Shown here: positions 24,201 through 37,000 of the stretch, one piece after another
Layout: each line of letters opens with the position of its first letter
Numbering within the stretch: position 1 is the first letter of the stretch
From: Amoebophrya sp. A120
Lineage: Eukaryota; Protista; Dinoflagellata
Assembly: GCA_905178155.1 (NCBI GenBank)
Contig: CAJINV010000004.1
Location: 9,710,625 to 9,774,624 of the forward strand
DNA length: 64,000 bases
Direction of reading: 5' to 3'
The notes under the pieces: model-generated
The model's database searches: none
Told to the model about the DNA's origin: nothing
Seen by the model: the letters and a program-made list of their open reading frames with translations, nothing else
Translations under genes and position numbers: made by a program

Positions 24201-26460
24201 CAGGATTGAAATCGTCAAAGTTGAAATAATTTCGCATGCATAATTAAATTGCAAGGCATGGAGTGCCTCTCTTGCAGGGATGGCAAGTGAGGCCGACTGT
24301 CAGCCTGTTTCTTTGGGGTCTGCGATGCAGCTGCCAAAGTAGCATGACAAAGGACGCCTTCTGTCCCTAAACAGCATGACAAACTGGACTTAGAGGACGG
24401 TGCCGAAATCTGTCATGCGCCGCTTGGTAATTGGGCTTTCAACTGGTATCGATTTTATGCATTACAAGTTATATATAATTTCAACTTTGTCGATTTCAAT
24501 CCTGACACTCCCATATCAGCCCGATGGAGAGAGCGCCAGGAGGTCGCGACCAAATCACACCGACTTCTGAAGCTGCAACGAGAAGCCCACGCGGGGACAT
24601 GATGAGCCGGAGTGGCAGTCTGGAGTCCAACATGGCCGCTTCCTTCATCAACGAGTTATCCGCCGGAGATGTCGATGTGGTCGGACCACTACGATTAACC
24701 CCCGGCGAGGTCGTCGAAACCGACGCGCCGAAAGAATTGGCGAGAAGAGTAGGCGTCAACATGAACGGGCCGCCCGGGTCGAAGAAGTTACGAATCTTAC
24801 ACGTGTGTCTCCCGGTGTACCCCCAGCCTACTCTCTCCGCCCGACTCGCCCGACTGAGCAAAGCGAGCCCGAGAACTGCTGCTGGTGAACAAGGTGGCGT
24901 GAGCCCCAGAGGGGCTGGCGGGCCTGGGACAGAGGCGGAACAGCAGGCACGGATCAAAAAGGAGAAAAGAAAGAAGTACGAAGACATCGCACTGACACCG
25001 GAAGTATCAAATGCAAATAGGTCTGGGTCTGGAAAATTTCGAGATTTGTCATGCAGTTTTTCCAAGCTCTAGCTCCACCAAGTCTGGAATGCAGGAGGGC
25101 CTAGCATGATCACAGGTTCTGCAGCCCCTTGGTGATGCCTTTTCTGCATGAGAAACGGGGTCCCTCTCGGCATGGCTAGAAATGGGGACCTTTTGCAAGT
25201 CATGCAGCCCAGATTTTTGTATGATCCGCTTCCGCAACACGCATCACAAGTTCGCATCCTTCCAGACCCAGACACTTTTGCAGTTGATAGGAAGCGGCAC
25301 AACAGTGTTTGAGGGCTGTGTGCAAGGAAACACTGTTTTGGTCCGTTCTAGGGGCGACGAACCGGCTGTCCTTATCGGCCATTGCGGAAGGAGGTGGGGA
25401 ACATCAAAAGCAAAACCCCTCATCTATGGCGTTCTCAATTGTTACATTCTCAACTGTTGCATGAGTTTGTGATGCAAGAATGGCAACAGGAAAAGGCCGG
25501 ATCTTGCAACTCTTGCATTACAAATTCGGCACAGATTCCCATGCTGTTTAGCCCTGCCAAAATTTGTCATGCGAGGCAGCTTCACTGTGTGGACGTTGGT
25601 GCTCATTCTGCATGACAAACCATGTAACAGTTGAGAATGTAACACTTGCGAACGCCATATCATCTCCCCGTCCGCAAGACGACGGAGCTATCAAATGCAA
25701 AAATGTCATCTGGGTCTGCGTCTGGAAGAATATATGTTTGTCATGCTTGTCTTTCATGACTCTTAACCTTAAGTCTGTCATGCACGTTACCCAAGAGCTC
25801 CATTTTTCTGTGAGGCAGGAACGCAGTTTGTGATGCAGAATAGGCAACACCTAGAAGCTCAGAAACTTGTCATGCTGAGCCAGCATTTGTGGCCTCATCA
25901 TGAGACGCCACCCAGCATCACAAGTTTCCAGACCCAGACACTTTTACACTCGATAGGAGCCCGGTTGGTGCAACGATATACCAGGCTGTGCTACGCGCCG
26001 ATCGGTTGCGGCTGCAGGGAGTACCCACTGCAGGTCGCGGTGACGCATGCCGTCAACGGGTGGTTTGAGGCCGTGCAGACGTTGAGACACCAATCCCGGG
26101 GACGGGTCGCCGGGCAACTGATCTCGATCGAGGTGCGCTTCAAGAAGAACGTCGTCGCGTTTCGGGAGTGGGACAATATCCTGTGCAAAAGTATCGTACT
26201 CGTAGTAATCGCAGTCATGGCATGCAACACAAATTTTCATCTCAAGGAAAAACAGCATTACAAATTCCATTTGTCATGCTGAGCTAATTTGTAATGCGAT
26301 TAATACTACTAGTACGATACTTTTGCGATGCATAGACAACTTTCTCCGGCAATCCTTGCATGTTAGCACGGAAAAGGATTACAAGAACGCAGTGCGGGAA
26401 TTTACGGTGAACATGCGCGGATTCGATGGCGGCAGGTCCAAGTTGTGTTGCGGGTTTTAG
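21260..26460 (+). CDS. Hypothetical protein (~715 aa), SPR-rich, ending KLCCGF*; 11 introners
   Basis: GCC-ATG at 21260; the frame is continuous after excising 11 elements; TAG at 26458-26460. Confidence 0.75.
21375..21636. mobile_element. Introner family D (3' end CTA)
   Basis: DR CCAGC; very similar to the 51880 copy. Confidence 0.9.
21722..22046. mobile_element. Introner family A
   Basis: DR ACTTC/ACTTG; very similar to the 2826 copy. Confidence 0.88.
22188..22456. mobile_element. Introner family D
   Basis: DR CGACG. Confidence 0.9.
22603..22761. mobile_element. Introner family C
   Basis: DR CAGAT. Confidence 0.9.
22816..23253. mobile_element. Introner family D carrying a 160-bp internal insert (23045-23204)
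   Basis: DR AGGTC/GGGTC; insert flanked by duplicated CATGACAAAC. Confidence 0.85.
23504..23777. mobile_element. Introner family D
   Basis: DR GGATG/CGATG. Confidence 0.88.
24190..24515. mobile_element. Introner family F (5' end TAC)
   Basis: DR TCAGC. Confidence 0.9.
25005..25289. mobile_element. Introner family D
   Basis: DR GGAAG. Confidence 0.9.
25425..25659. mobile_element. Introner family B
   Basis: DR TCATC. Confidence 0.9.
25689..25955. mobile_element. Introner family D
   Basis: DR GGAGC. Confidence 0.9.
26177..26334. mobile_element. Introner family C
   Basis: DR GACAA. Confidence 0.9.
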
Positions 26461-28746
26461 GTGGAAGATGGGCACCAGCACGTGGTCTGTGTCCTGCTTC
26501 AATATCGAGAACTTTATGTGTAGCTGCGTTCCTATCAAAGCTTAAGCTACCAGTAGTTACATGTACAGTCTCTAATACCTCCCAGATGTAAGAACTGGAA
26601 AAGTAGTGGACGCCTGTGTCGTAGTATTTCTGTCCAATCGCGATCAGAAGTTGAAGGTGTAATTATCAGGAACTGAAACAAGAACAACTTGGAACTGACA
26701 ACGAATTTAAGTAAATGTGTGAAGCAGATCCTGCATCTTCGACACGGCACTCATCTATGGCTTGTGACATTATTGGATCGCACTTCTACGTCTAAACAAA
26801 TCAGAATTACGCGCGACAAAATCTTCAGACGCACGGTTCACGAGTTGGAATTCCAAAAACGACAAAAATTTTCCGCTGGCCGCACGATTCGGCAAGACCA
26901 AAGAACACGCTGTTCACGCTCCAAAAAAACGTCTTCGATTTGCTGAAATACTCAAACTCGTACTCGTCTCCTCCTCTATGGTTTCTGAGTCCTTCTTTTC
27001 GCCTCACAGAACGCAGCCACAAGCCCTGTGATGGTGAATTTTTACGAGCAGTTCATACAAGACACTGACAGATCGTATCTTTGAAATGAACGACAGCAAC
27101 TGTTGCAATACTCTTTGTCCCGCTACGGCTACTAGTAGATCATGACCTCTTGCTTCGCAAGCACGGCTCCAAAGATGAAAGATCAACATCATAGGTCTTT
27201 CCCGCGTTTCCAAATTAAGGTAGCAAGGCCGCCGCTCAAAGAATGATAGTGATAAATGGCGCGCCGCATGTGGTCCGCCATTATTTTGCCCGAAAACGAA
27301 AACCAAAAGTAAAGAGACCTCGATCGATTCACGCTTCTCCACCTAACACTCAGCGACCGATATTCTCTCTCAACGTTTGGGGCCTTTCGGGCTCGAAAAA
27401 GTAAGTACAAAAGCACGCTATCTTCTAGAAAATAAATGACCCTCTAGCGATAGCGTTTTGGACGATTTTTTAGCTTTACCACTGAACAACGCCGGCGCTC
27501 AGATCGGCCTGCAGTAAACAAAACTCTACTTGATATTACAGATACAGCGTACTGAAAAGTTTAAGTGAGCACCCGAATATATCTTTATCTTCTTCCGTGA
27601 TAGTATAGTGATTCTCAACAAACCTATTCTTTTTTGGCAACGGTTTTGCACCGATTTTGGTTCCTTGCCGAAGGTAGGTGCAGCACTCGTGTTTCTTTCC
27701 TGCATCAAAAACCGCCCACGTAAAACCAGTGTTTGTGTTAGTCGTGTTACTGTTCGAACCCGTGAAAGTAGTCCAAATACAAATTGTAGGACATTTTGTG
27801 TCACATTTCATAGAACTAGTCGAGGCTTCAGAAGTGTATTTGATAGAACCGCGATATCAACGTATTATTTTTGCATTCCCAGGAAAAAGTACTACAGTTT
27901 CAATTTAGCTTTTCTTTGGTCTTACGAACGCTTTTAGCGCAAAAAAGATAGACCTGACTGAACTAGTTCAAGTTCCAATCTGTGCCGTACAATTTCAGCA
28001 GCAGTTTCAGATAGAAGCAAACGCAGAATAGGGCGAAAATTGGAGCAAGCAGTCGTAAACAGTGGAGAGATGTACTACTAGAATCAAGATGGCAGGACAA
28101 CTAAACTAGACCTAGGTTTGACAGAGGCGCAACGAAGAACCGAAACGAGAAAAGACGACAAGATGGCAGCTACTTTTCATCACCGTTTGCATTGCACTAA
28201 AGCCCTGACGACCACCTTCGCGTAGAAGCTTCACCAGCTCCGTTAAAGACGCCTACACATTTTTCTCTTCGGAATCTGTGCTGGTCGGAGCAGACAGAAA
28301 TCACGCGGCGTGCAAGAATCTTTTGCGAGTATACATCGGCATCCAAACAACGACTTCAAACAGAACTTGATTCTAAAGTAACTCTCCTTGGAGAGCCTGT
28401 AACTTTATCTTCCTGGTACAGGAACGCACACGATCACGACTACAATCGTGGCGGTATCACCGGATTGCACGACGGCACCCAGAACTACAACACACAAGGA
28501 CGAAGAGAAGAGCAGTACTTACTTACGACACCGAGGAGCTGCAATCCATCGCATCTGTAGACGTCGTAGTCGAGAAATAAGCTTCGCCCGTCACCGCCGT
28601 GCAGATTATCGAGCAAAAGGAATCGGTGGGCAGGACCTGATAGGGAGCAGTAGAACTTGTGAAAACAACAACAAGAAGCTTCCAACGTTTACAACTAGTA
28701 CACCTGATACTAGCTACACCCGACTATAATTTTTATATCCTTAGCC

Positions 28747-31700
28747 ATGGCAGCAGCCGTTCAAGAGAACAACCAGCAGAAGCAAAACTGGGGGGACATG
28801 AGCAGTGACGAGGAGCACAACCTCCAGCCTCAGTCCGCGGCCCAGCAAGCCCCCGGCGGCGGTGGTCTCCAGACTGCTTCTACGGTCTTTTCCAACGCTG
28901 ACTCCACCTCTGTGCCGACAATCGCGTCCACGAAAACCGCCTTGGTGAAGGGACAGCGTTGGGCCGATGTTTCTTCCGATTCCGAAGTCGAGGAAATTGC
29001 ACCTCCCTCCCGGACTATGACACAGCTGTCCTCGTCTCCCAATGGTTTGGGGAATACCGGTTCGACCACAACGTCGTCGAACAACAATAATAATCATAAA
29101 ACAGCGTCTAAATCGGGGTGGAAAGACTGGAAATCGGATTCGAAAGGAGAGTGGAAGGATTGGGACAAGGACAACAATAGTAAACAAGCGGACTACAAGA
29201 AGAAAAAGTGGACGGACCAAGAATGGAAAGAGTGGAAGGAATGGAAAGACAGCAGTAAAGACCACAATAACTCCAGATTGTCAGAAAGGACAAGCTCTTA
29301 CTACAGCAAAAACGACACAACTTCCACCGGAGGTGGTGCCGGTGGAAATAACAGCGGCGGTGGGTACAACAATAAAACGAAAGAAGGCCGGGATTCCTTC
29401 AGCCGGCGGAGTAGGAAGGGGGAAGGGAAAGACGGTAGTTCCTCGAAAGAAGGAAAACAAGATCTTAAGCGAGTCAGCTCCTCTACTTCCAAACACGATA
29501 GTAACACTGGCAGTACTAGAAAATCCGAGGGAAAAAGTACCGAGAAAGGGAAGGGAAAGAGAAGTAGTAAGAAGGGGAGTAAGGACGGAAAAGACAACAG
29601 TAGCGCAGCTGCTGCTGACGCAAATTATGGAGGCTCCGACATGATTCCGCCGGAAAAAGATAACATTTCCCGCACCGTGTCTACGAAGCGAAAGACCCGG
29701 GAGATTGGCGAGGACGAAGATTGGTCTGCCGACGAGGAAGCGGTAATACCCGCGGCTCTGCGGCGGACAGAAACGGAAGAGCCGGCAAAGGAGACGAAAA
29801 AGGGGACTAGCGGATATTTTGGTATAGTTTGATAAAGCTAGAAGTACGTAAAACATAAAGGAGTGCTCAAATTCGTTGCCTTTATCTCCATGAGAGGACT
29901 GAGCGTCATAATTTTGCTTCATCTGCATGACAAATCTAGTAAATCGCCTTCGAAAAATTTATCAATCAAAGGTCGATTCGGGATGGTGGAATCCTCCGAT
30001 GAAGAGGACGACGAGGACGCGGAGGAGCGAGATTCCGACGGTGAATCTGAGGAAGAGCAGGAGGCTGCGTCGTCCGACGAGGTAATAGTACAAAAACTTT
30101 TTGTGTTTACTACTTTGTCATGCAGCTTGGTTCGCGAAACCGAAATATCTACGGTTTGTCTTGTCATGCGAAGAATTGGAATTCAAACTGGACGATGACG
30201 GCGACGATTCTGAGAAATCGAAATAGAAGTTCGCTCAGCACACTATCTAACAACACTACCAGGCCGAGGATGAGGATGCGGAGGAAGAGCAGGAAGCCGC
30301 TTGTTCCTCGGAAGTAGTAGAGCCAGGCGAAAATAAACAAGAAGCTGCAGTAGACACGACCACTACTTCCAGCAAGAATAACCAGGACGCTACTAGTTGT
30401 ACTACAACTTCTATCACAGGAAAAAAGTGTTACAGTTACACATTTGTTGGAGTTTGTGCATCACAAAGTTGCTCGACATAGCAAAGAAAACCTGTGATGC
30501 GCAGACTATAAGGGAAAACACGAGTGAAATGATGCTGGCAAGCATTTCCTGCATGACAGAGGTTGTCTGTCATGCTGGGCCTGCAACACAATGTGTAACT
30601 GTAACACTTTTTTCTCCGGATAACTTCGGATAACAAAAACGCCGACGCGCCGACACCCACGACTGCCGCTGGGAAGAAGAAGGGCAAGAAAGTATCAAAA
30701 GGAAAAATCCCCCCTCCCCATATCGAAAACGAAATTTGTGATGCTGTATTTGAGTACACAAATCGACTTGTAATGATAGAAGGCCAGGAGACGCACCTGT
30801 GGCCTCGGTTGCAGGCAATTTGTCATGCTGTCTCCCACTTCCAGCTGCCCCCTGTCATGCTGAAGATGCAAGGCTTTCCCACGCCAACCAGCACTACAGT
30901 CCGCATCTTTTCCCTTCTAGCATGACAAATTTGATTTGTGACCACAAATCTGCATCACAAATTTCTAGTTTGAGTATGGGGTGGGGGGATTTTTCACTTT
31001 GATAGAAAGCAAAGGCGGCAAACGAAGACGAAGATTTAGACGCGATTTTAGCGGAACTGGGGATGGAAGAACAGAAGGGTATTCGTTTGTTTCTCGTTAG
31101 TTTTTGTTTTGTTTTTTTCAGAAAATATTACTGATGCACGAATTATACGAAGTTGATGAATCAACAAAACGAAAAGAGGCTGCAAATCACAAAATAAACG
31201 ATAACTTAACTGCAAAATAACTACACCTAGGTGCTGATCCGAAGGACACTTCCACACCAAAGGCCGAGGAACAGTTGTCCACTCCTGAGCTGCTCAAGGA
31301 CAACATCGAGGACGAGACAGAAGGCGCTGGCGAGCAGGTTTCGAAAAACAAGAAAAAGAAGAACAAAAAGAAGGCCGCAGCTTCCAAGGACAATAATACA
31401 GACACCAATACGTCAACTTCCCCTGCTGACGATACCGCCGGCGGTGGTGTGGTGGAGCAGACTCCGAGCACAACTTCGGAGGCCATCGCGGCAGTAAAGG
31501 CAATATCAAATGCAAAAATGTCTGGGGGTGGAAGATTTTGAGATTTGTCACGTTTGTCTGGCATGACCAAAAAGTTTGTGATGCCTGTCCAAGAAGAGAC
31601 CCTTTTGCCTGTCATGCAAAAACGCAGTTTGTCATGCGAAAAACGCAACACAAAGAAGCGCAGATATTTCTCATGCTTGCCTGTGCATTACAGAGCATTC

Positions 31701-31862
31701 ACTATTCCCAACGCAGCATTACAAGTTTCCAGCCCCAGACATTTTTGCAGTTGATAGGCAAAGCTGAAGAAAACCAGCTCCGTGTCAAAGGAAAAATCCG
31801 CAGCGGACATAGCCAAAGAAGAGGCACTGAAGAAAAAAGCAAAAAACAAATCCAAAAAGTAG
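28747..31862 (+). CDS. Lys/Glu/Ser-rich hypothetical protein (~613 aa); GT-AG introns 29822-29971, 30082-30262, 31079-31230 and 3 introners
   Basis: ATG at 28747 (361-aa ORF); the spliced frame continues through EDLDAILAELG and KNKKKKNKKKAA to TAG at 31862. Confidence 0.7.
30412..30622. mobile_element. Introner family G-like
   Basis: DR ACTTC; opposite orientation to the 17718 copy. Confidence 0.9.
30693..31004. mobile_element. Introner family A
   Basis: DR GAAAG. Confidence 0.9.
31504..31756. mobile_element. Introner family D
   Basis: DR GGCAA. Confidence 0.9.
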
Positions 31863-33426
31863 ATGTAGCCGGCGGAACAGATGCAGCTCAAGATGAAATC
31901 AAGCTACTTTTTCTTTTTCAGTGTCGAAAAAATGAAATTGTCTCTCTATACTAGAAAGGTGAAGTGTAGTCAAGAAGCATGAAGTTATCTTGACCGCGAC
32001 CGAGAATGCGACTTCGCATTTATTTTCAAACGGTTCTATTTGTTGTCTTTCGATTTTCAGTTTACACACCTTGGTCTATTTCAATCCTGTTTGTATATCA
32101 CACTCGAACTTTAACGGTCGCATGAAATTCTGTTTTACGTTATTCTGTTTTACTGTCTTTTGCTCTTGCTCTATTACACACACTTTCTGATATTGTTTGT
32201 TTGACATTGACACCCGTCTAATTTTCAACACTTTGACTTTCACTTTCTCTAGTCGGACTAGCATTAGTATCATTGTTACACGACTTTTTTATGCTGCCAA
32301 ACAGGTTGTTATTGTTTCAACTTTTGTCGCGTATGAAACTTTATGTACTTACTTATCTACACAGGGCTTTGACGTGGCAGTTCCGCTTGTATGTATTGCC
32401 ATCTCGGGCTGTATTGCCTTTGAGACCTCGGAAATAAAACAAAACTCAAGTCGCACTCCTCCTCGTACTTGAGTACTAGTAAGTACTACTCCCTCCCTCA
32501 GAAGGGTAAAGGCCCACCCTTTACCTTTCCTATGCAATTAAACGAAGATGATCAAGATGGGGAGCAAGAAGAGCTCGCGCACCTTGATCGACTTTTACGT
32601 ATCAACATAACACTCTCCTGAAGAAGATGAAAAACAACAACACAACGGCCTCACTGGGTAAGAACTCAGAAGCTGCGGCACAGGTGCTCGGGGTCCGCCA
32701 TTGAGGAAGACAAAGAACACAAAAATGGAACAATTCTTGAAAACGCGGTGAATAAATAAAAAGAACAACTATTTAGAACACCAGACTGACAAGCTGTTTT
32801 AGTTTTTTAGGCAGCTCTGAGACAACGACATTGAAACACAAGATGACCGTACAGAGGCAGGATGTGCAATTATCTATCACTTCAAGTCATGGATGACACA
32901 CCCACCCAGGGCAGATTATTCGAGGGAAGAGTTATGCTATGTATCAGATAGGATAATTTTGATATCCGAAGCCGAACAAGCCAGTGCTCTTTTAACGAAT
33001 GAAAACTTTCAGTATAACTCAACGAAGTTCATCATCCCTCAAAAATCCGGAAAGCTTTCCAACTCTCCGAGTGGGGCAAATTGGGATTTCTGTGGTTATT
33101 GACAAGAACCTCAACCTAGAGGTTTTTGTCTGCTGCACCGTGGTCGAGGAACGAAACACGATGTTCTACCCTGGCAGGAACGCTTCGTCACAGGCATCTA
33201 CTGCTCGTGATGTTTTAGGGGTCTGGACAAACTGAATCTTTGGCAACAAGCCTTTTTTTTCGTTTTTGGTGGATGTTGTGAATCGCCAACAAGCATCGTT
33301 CCGACTTCTCCCTTCGGAGTTTCTTCAAAAAGAAAGTTCGGTCGTGGCATTCTCGTCTTCATCAGAAGAAGAAGATCAACGGATGTGAAATAAATTGGAG
33401 CGCACTTTTGAACACCACCGCCATAG

Positions 33427-33783
33427 CAGCCACAAAGACCGCTTCCAGGGCGCAAGCACAACGACCCCCCGCCGCGGGTCAAGCAGGCGCTCGAGCTGCG
33501 GGGAGCTAGTAAGGCCCTCCCGCCGGGGGTCACCTACAACAAGAAAACGCAGAAGCTGCTCGTGACGGTCCGAGTAAAGATGGATGACGATGGGGAGACC
33601 TACCCACTAAGCAAAGTGGTCGACCCGGAATTGTCTGCAACGGCCGAGGAGGCGCTGGAGGCCGCACAGCAAGCCCGCGCGGACGTGCTTGCGAACTACC
33701 GCGAGCGGGTCGACGTCATCCGGGCGCAACGCGCGCAGAAGGCTGAGGCCCCCGCCCCGCCGCTCGGGGGTCTCGCACAGTGA
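33427..33783 (+). CDS. GC-rich exon or gene fragment encoding a possible AP2-like DNA-binding domain
   Basis: Open frame reads KALPPGVTYNKKTQKLLVTVRVK..SATAEEALEAAQQAR; resembles the AP2 pattern (GV, beta strands, AEEA..A..R helix) by eye only; no start codon identified. Confidence 0.4.
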   Translation, partial: QPQRPLPGRKHNDPPPRVKQALELRGASKALPPGVTYNKKTQKLLVTVRVKMDDDGETYPLSKVVDPELSATAEEALEAAQQARADVLANYRERVDVIRAQRAQKAEAPAPPLGGLAQ

Positions 33784-34024
33784 ATTCGAAGAAAGGAAAG
33801 AATCTGTTCTGAAATTGAAATCAAGAGGTTCTTCACGTTGAAGTTCCTCAAATAGACTCCTCATTTTGAGTAGAAGTCTCGCGTACTACGCGAACGCTGT
33901 AAACTGTAAACTGTAAACGCATCCGTAGTTTCCGCTCCTTAGTTTCACCCAAAAAAGAAATCGGTGTCACCAGAAATCAAGATGTGACAAAATATATGAC
34001 GAGACCAACCCTCGACGCCCCACC

Positions 34025-37000
34025 ATGAGCAAGGGTGCAGCCGACGACGCCGGGTTAGCTGCAGCGGGGCTGAAGACCCCGCCGCGGCGGGGGAGCCTGA
34101 CCAAAATGGCGCGGCCGCTGCAGATTTGCGAAATTGATTTCGATATGTATTGCAAAAGTATCGTAATAGTATGAATTGCAATACAAATTTCCTCAGCGTG
34201 AGAAATAAAATTTGTAATGCGGATTTACGATAAGAAAAAGATTTGTAATACAAGACTTGCACATATACGAGTGCGATACTTTTGCACAGGATATTCGAGG
34301 GGAACTGCGTCAAAACCTGCCATGAAAGCTTGGAAATTATCGAGGAAAACTTGCAGGAGCTGGGTATTTTGTTTTATTTTTGTGTCTAGTACATGAGAGA
34401 CAGAGTCAGAGATCATGTTCTAGATTTTCTTGCATATGCATGGCAGCACAGCATCCTGAACCTGATTTAGCTTCACCTTGCTCGTACGAAGCTAGTTGTA
34501 ATCCACTGCATCTAGTAGTAGTATAAAAACCCACGCGAATTGAATAAAGCAGGGCCAAACAATTGCAAAACCACAGCGAAATCGATGAGCAAACCGGATT
34601 TGAAAGTCGCAGTGATTAGCGTGATGGGGATGTATATCCCACGAAAAAACTGTTTCACTGTTTTTGCAAGTTTTGCATCACAAGTTTGTTACACATGACA
34701 CTCAAAATTTCTTATGCGCGCTTCCCAAGGGAAAACACGCTTGCAAATCCAGTGTCTTGCAGGTGTAGCAAGACAAATAAGTAGTTCTGTGTCCCATTTT
34801 CTGCATCACAACTTCACACTGAAACAGTTTTTTCTTGCGATAATGTACCGAACAGGAAAGTCGTTCTTACTCGACCTGCTCTATCCCGTGCAAAAGTATC
34901 GTACTCGTGGTGATTGCATTTTTTATGCATTACAAATTTCTTTCTCAAGGTAATTCAGCATTACAAATTCAATTTGTAATGCTAGGCTAATTTGTAATGC
35001 AATTTCTACTAGTACAATGCTTTTGCACTGCATATGCTCCTCCGGTATTTGAAATCTCAAGGGCCGATCACGAAGTTTGACGCTTCGAAAATATGGCACA
35101 TGGGAGAGAAGAGCTACAACACGGACAGTTACTCGCTATGAAATGCAAAAATGTCTGGGTCTGGAAACTTGCAATGCTAAAAGTGAATGATAGACGCGCC
35201 GCAACACGCAGTCGCAGCTATGCATGACAAATTTTGTGGCTGTCATGTCTTACGTATTCCGCATGGCAAACTGCCTTTTCGCATGACAGTTAAGAGGGCT
35301 CTTTCGTGCCTTTGCAACACAGATTCTCAGGTCATGCCAGACAAGCATAGCAAACTTACATTCTTGCAGACCTTTGCATTTGATACTCGTGGTTGGGAAA
35401 CGAAACTAGGATATCGGAAGGAAGCACGAATGAGCGAGGGTTTCATTGGCGGCCGGGGATCGAAAAGTGCACCAAAGGTAGTGTTAGTATCAGTAGAATT
35501 TTCTTTGTTTGTGAAAAGTATCAACTATGATACCATCGTGCGTAAGATGATCCAGGATGGCGTCACGTCTTTTAGGAACTTGTCTTTACGGCAACACTGA
35601 TAGCAACGTGCTGAGTAATGTTACTCCGCCTGGTATAACGTAGGCGATTTTCCAATATCCATTGCACCTTCGAGAATAATGTTAAGCCTGATGGTATGAT
35701 TATTACGTTATACTTTGCACATTTTTGGTCTGAAGAACGTAGTGGTAAAGTGATGCAGCATAACATTTCATTTACAATCATCCACATCCAAATTCATCCT
35801 GTCCCAGGTATCTGGCTCTGGTCCGAACCATTCCTGATGGAAAACAACGAAACGGGCGAACCGCTAGCAGTACTCGTGATGGACACGCAGGGCGCGTGGG
35901 ACTCGCAGATGTCCTCGGAGCAATCCTCGTGCATTTTCGGCATCACCGCTTTACTTTCCTCGATATGCATTGCAAAAGTATCGTACTATTAGAAATCGCA
36001 TGACAAATTTGCGTAGCATGACAAATGAAAATATTGTAAGTAATGCAGATTTATCTTAGGAAGCAGATTTGTGTTGCATGATTGCAATTAGTACAAGTAC
36101 GATACTTTTGCAAAGCATAATCGAAACTCATTTACAACTTACAGAACCGGATATCCGAGGAAAAAGTCGATAATCTTGACTACTTCACCACCTACGCCTA
36201 TCCAGGAAAAAAACGGTGTAAGTGTAACTGTGTAGCGAGAATAGCATCACAAATTCGCTTTGCATTCTTGCAGGGAAAACCTGTCATGCGCAGCTAGTAC
36301 GTGGAAACACGTGTGGAAGTAGCCTATGAAGCAGACCCAGCATGACAAGTGTAACAGTTTCGCACTTTCTGCATCACAGACTTACACTCACATAGTTTTT
36401 TTCTTGCATAACGCCGGGATCGTGATTCAAGAAGCGCGGGAAAAAGCTACTCGAGCGCTGAACAGCGTTTCGCCACGAGGAGACCCGAACGCGGGCGATG
36501 GAAGTGGCGCCTCTTCGAAAGAGAAACCCGTTGCAGCTGCTGGCGCCGCGACGGAAACAGAAGACGAAGAGGAGGACGACGCAGCGGGGTTGGGCGATAT
36601 CCATTTTCTGGTTCGGGATTGGGAGTATTTCGAGGACCATTGGACACTCGACCAGTGCACGAAACAGGTCTCGGATCACCTGATGACGCACTTGGACCCG
36701 AATAGGGTCACGGTGGAGGAGCGAAGAGAGACGATTACCAGATTACACAACCTTTTTCGAAGTAAGTATTCATCTTACGGCTTTTCTTTCATCTGTTGGA
36801 TGATAATCACTCTGTGTAGCAAGTAGGTCAAAAAGCGATTCTTGTTCAGATGATGTATATTTTGCATGCCAATAAAAATTATACCGCATAAACAACTGTT
36901 GTTTCCAACATGATCGCAGGCGTCAACCTGTGCTGTCTCCCGCACCCTGGGCCCCGGATCCCGAAGGCGAATTGGAACGGCTCGGTGACGGATATTGACA

